Positions 63,188-64,000 of a stretch of DNA of 64,000 nt are shown here, piece by piece. The DNA lies in assembly GCA_963790305.1 (NCBI GenBank), contig CAWBOC010000003.1, positions 1 to 64,000 on the forward strand, read 5' to 3'. Position 1 is the stretch's first letter. Every line of letters starts with the position of its first letter. The notes beneath the pieces are model-generated. The model had not been told where the DNA came from. It searched no databases and was given only the letters and a program-made list of their open reading frames with translations. The stretch is from an uncultured Gemmatimonadaceae bacterium (GTDB lineage: Bacteria; Gemmatimonadota; Gemmatimonadetes; Gemmatimonadales; Gemmatimonadaceae). Position numbers and translations under genes: made by a program.

Positions 63188-64000
63188 GTGCCGGCAGCAT
63201 GTCGTTTTCCCTGGTGCGCCACCTGGTGGCGACCGTCCCGGAGGCTCCCCCTGTCCTGGTCGTTCAGCTCGTGGGCATCGCGGCAGCCATTTCGCCGCAA
63301 AATGGTCGCGCTCACCGCGGCCGCTGTCATCGCGACGCTGGTGCTCGTGCTGACGCCCATTTACTTCGCGGGGCGCGAGCGTCTCACCGCTCTCAATGCA
63401 ATGCGGTTATCGGCGATCGCCCGCAGCGCCGCCGTCGCCATCCCCTCCGACTCGATCGACGTCATCGCGCGCCCCGACGGACGCACCGGCGCCGCGTTCG
63501 TGTTCGCGCAGCGCACCCTCGCGCGCTTGTGGCTGACCAATGGCGGAAATCTCGCCGAGCTCACCAACGGTCTCGCGATCGTCCGGAGGCAGCAGGCGCG
63601 GTACCGCTACCTCGTCCACTCGCAGTGGAAGGCGGGCCAGCCGCAGTACAGCCAGCTGCTCGACGCGCCGGAAGGGCTCGCCGACTCGCTCGGGCACAAC
63701 AAGGGCGGGACCACGCCGATCTATCTCGACGCAGGCGGCGGACGCGTCCTCACCGCGGTCGCACCGATCGTCCGTCCCAATGGGACGGCCGCGGGATTCG
63801 TGATCGCGACGCTCCGCGCCGACAACTTCCTGCGTGACTTCGGCGTACAGATTCGAAATCTCGCCTGGCTCCCGTTGATGATCATGCTGTCGGGCATCGT
63901 GATCGCGGGGTGGACGGCGGGTCGGCTCACCCGTGGAATCGAGGCTGTCGCGTCACACGCCGAGGCGGTTGCACGAGGGAGTCTCCGCCAGGAGCTGGCA
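63188..64000 (+). CDS. Membrane sensor protein (TM, periplasmic Cache-like domain, TM, HAMP), truncated by the window edge
   Basis: Hand translation in the frame of ATG 63302: MVALTAAAVIATLVLVLTPIY..VLTAVAPIVRPNGTAAGFV..LMIMLSGIVIAGWTAGRLTRGIEAVASHAEAVARG; start uncertain. Confidence 0.7.
   Translation, partial: MPAACRFPWCATWWRPSRRLPLSWSFSSWASRQPFRRKMVALTAAAVIATLVLVLTPIYFAGRERLTALNAMRLSAIARSAAVAIPSDSIDVIARPDGRTGAAFVFAQRTLARLWLTNGGNLAELTNGLAIVRRQQARYRYLVHSQWKAGQPQYSQLLDAPEGLADSLGHNKGGTTPIYLDAGGGRVLTAVAPIVRPNGTAAGFVIATLRADNFLRDFGVQIRNLAWLPLMIMLSGIVIAGWTAGRLTRGIEAVASHAEAVARGSLRQELA

Overview
GC-rich bacterial chromosomal segment of a diderm organism. Gene content and order (add-punA, tRNA-Leu-tig-clpP-clpX-lon-engB, REC-fused PilB/GspE, many GT9 genes) suggest Gemmatimonadota; this is inference. 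Four blocks: (1) 1-9.6 kb, a nucleotide/nucleoside salvage operon (double-domain nucleotidase lipoprotein, GG-less ThiS-like protein, add, punA) divergent from udk-phoB-phoR. (2) 9.6-27.3 kb, a large phosphate island: TonB-dependent receptor, FN3/ElpS-like lipoprotein, unknown lipoprotein, porin, pstSCAB1B2, phoU, ppx, ppk1, pit, DUF47. An 11-bp-period CGT(G/T)AC Pho-box-like motif lies before several of these units. (3) 27-50 kb, proteostasis and housekeeping genes (dnaK, degP, tRNA-Leu, tig, clpPX, lon, engB, NUDIX, PilB/GspE-REC, trpE, FHA-GAF adenylate cyclase). (4) 50-64 kb, an LPS/envelope cluster (Kdo kinase-like, five GT9, GT4, GT2, split DUF4254), then maf, dtd, glmS, glmM and a partial sensor. 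Ten short elements made of inverted tandem 9-mer or 7-mer arrays sit at gene junctions. Many frameshifts, mostly single-base insertions, cluster at about 31-51 kb and are most likely sequencing or assembly errors. No CRISPR array, prophage, integrase or transposase is evident. The best candidate for an undescribed system is the Pho-boxed outer-membrane module linked to nucleotide salvage.
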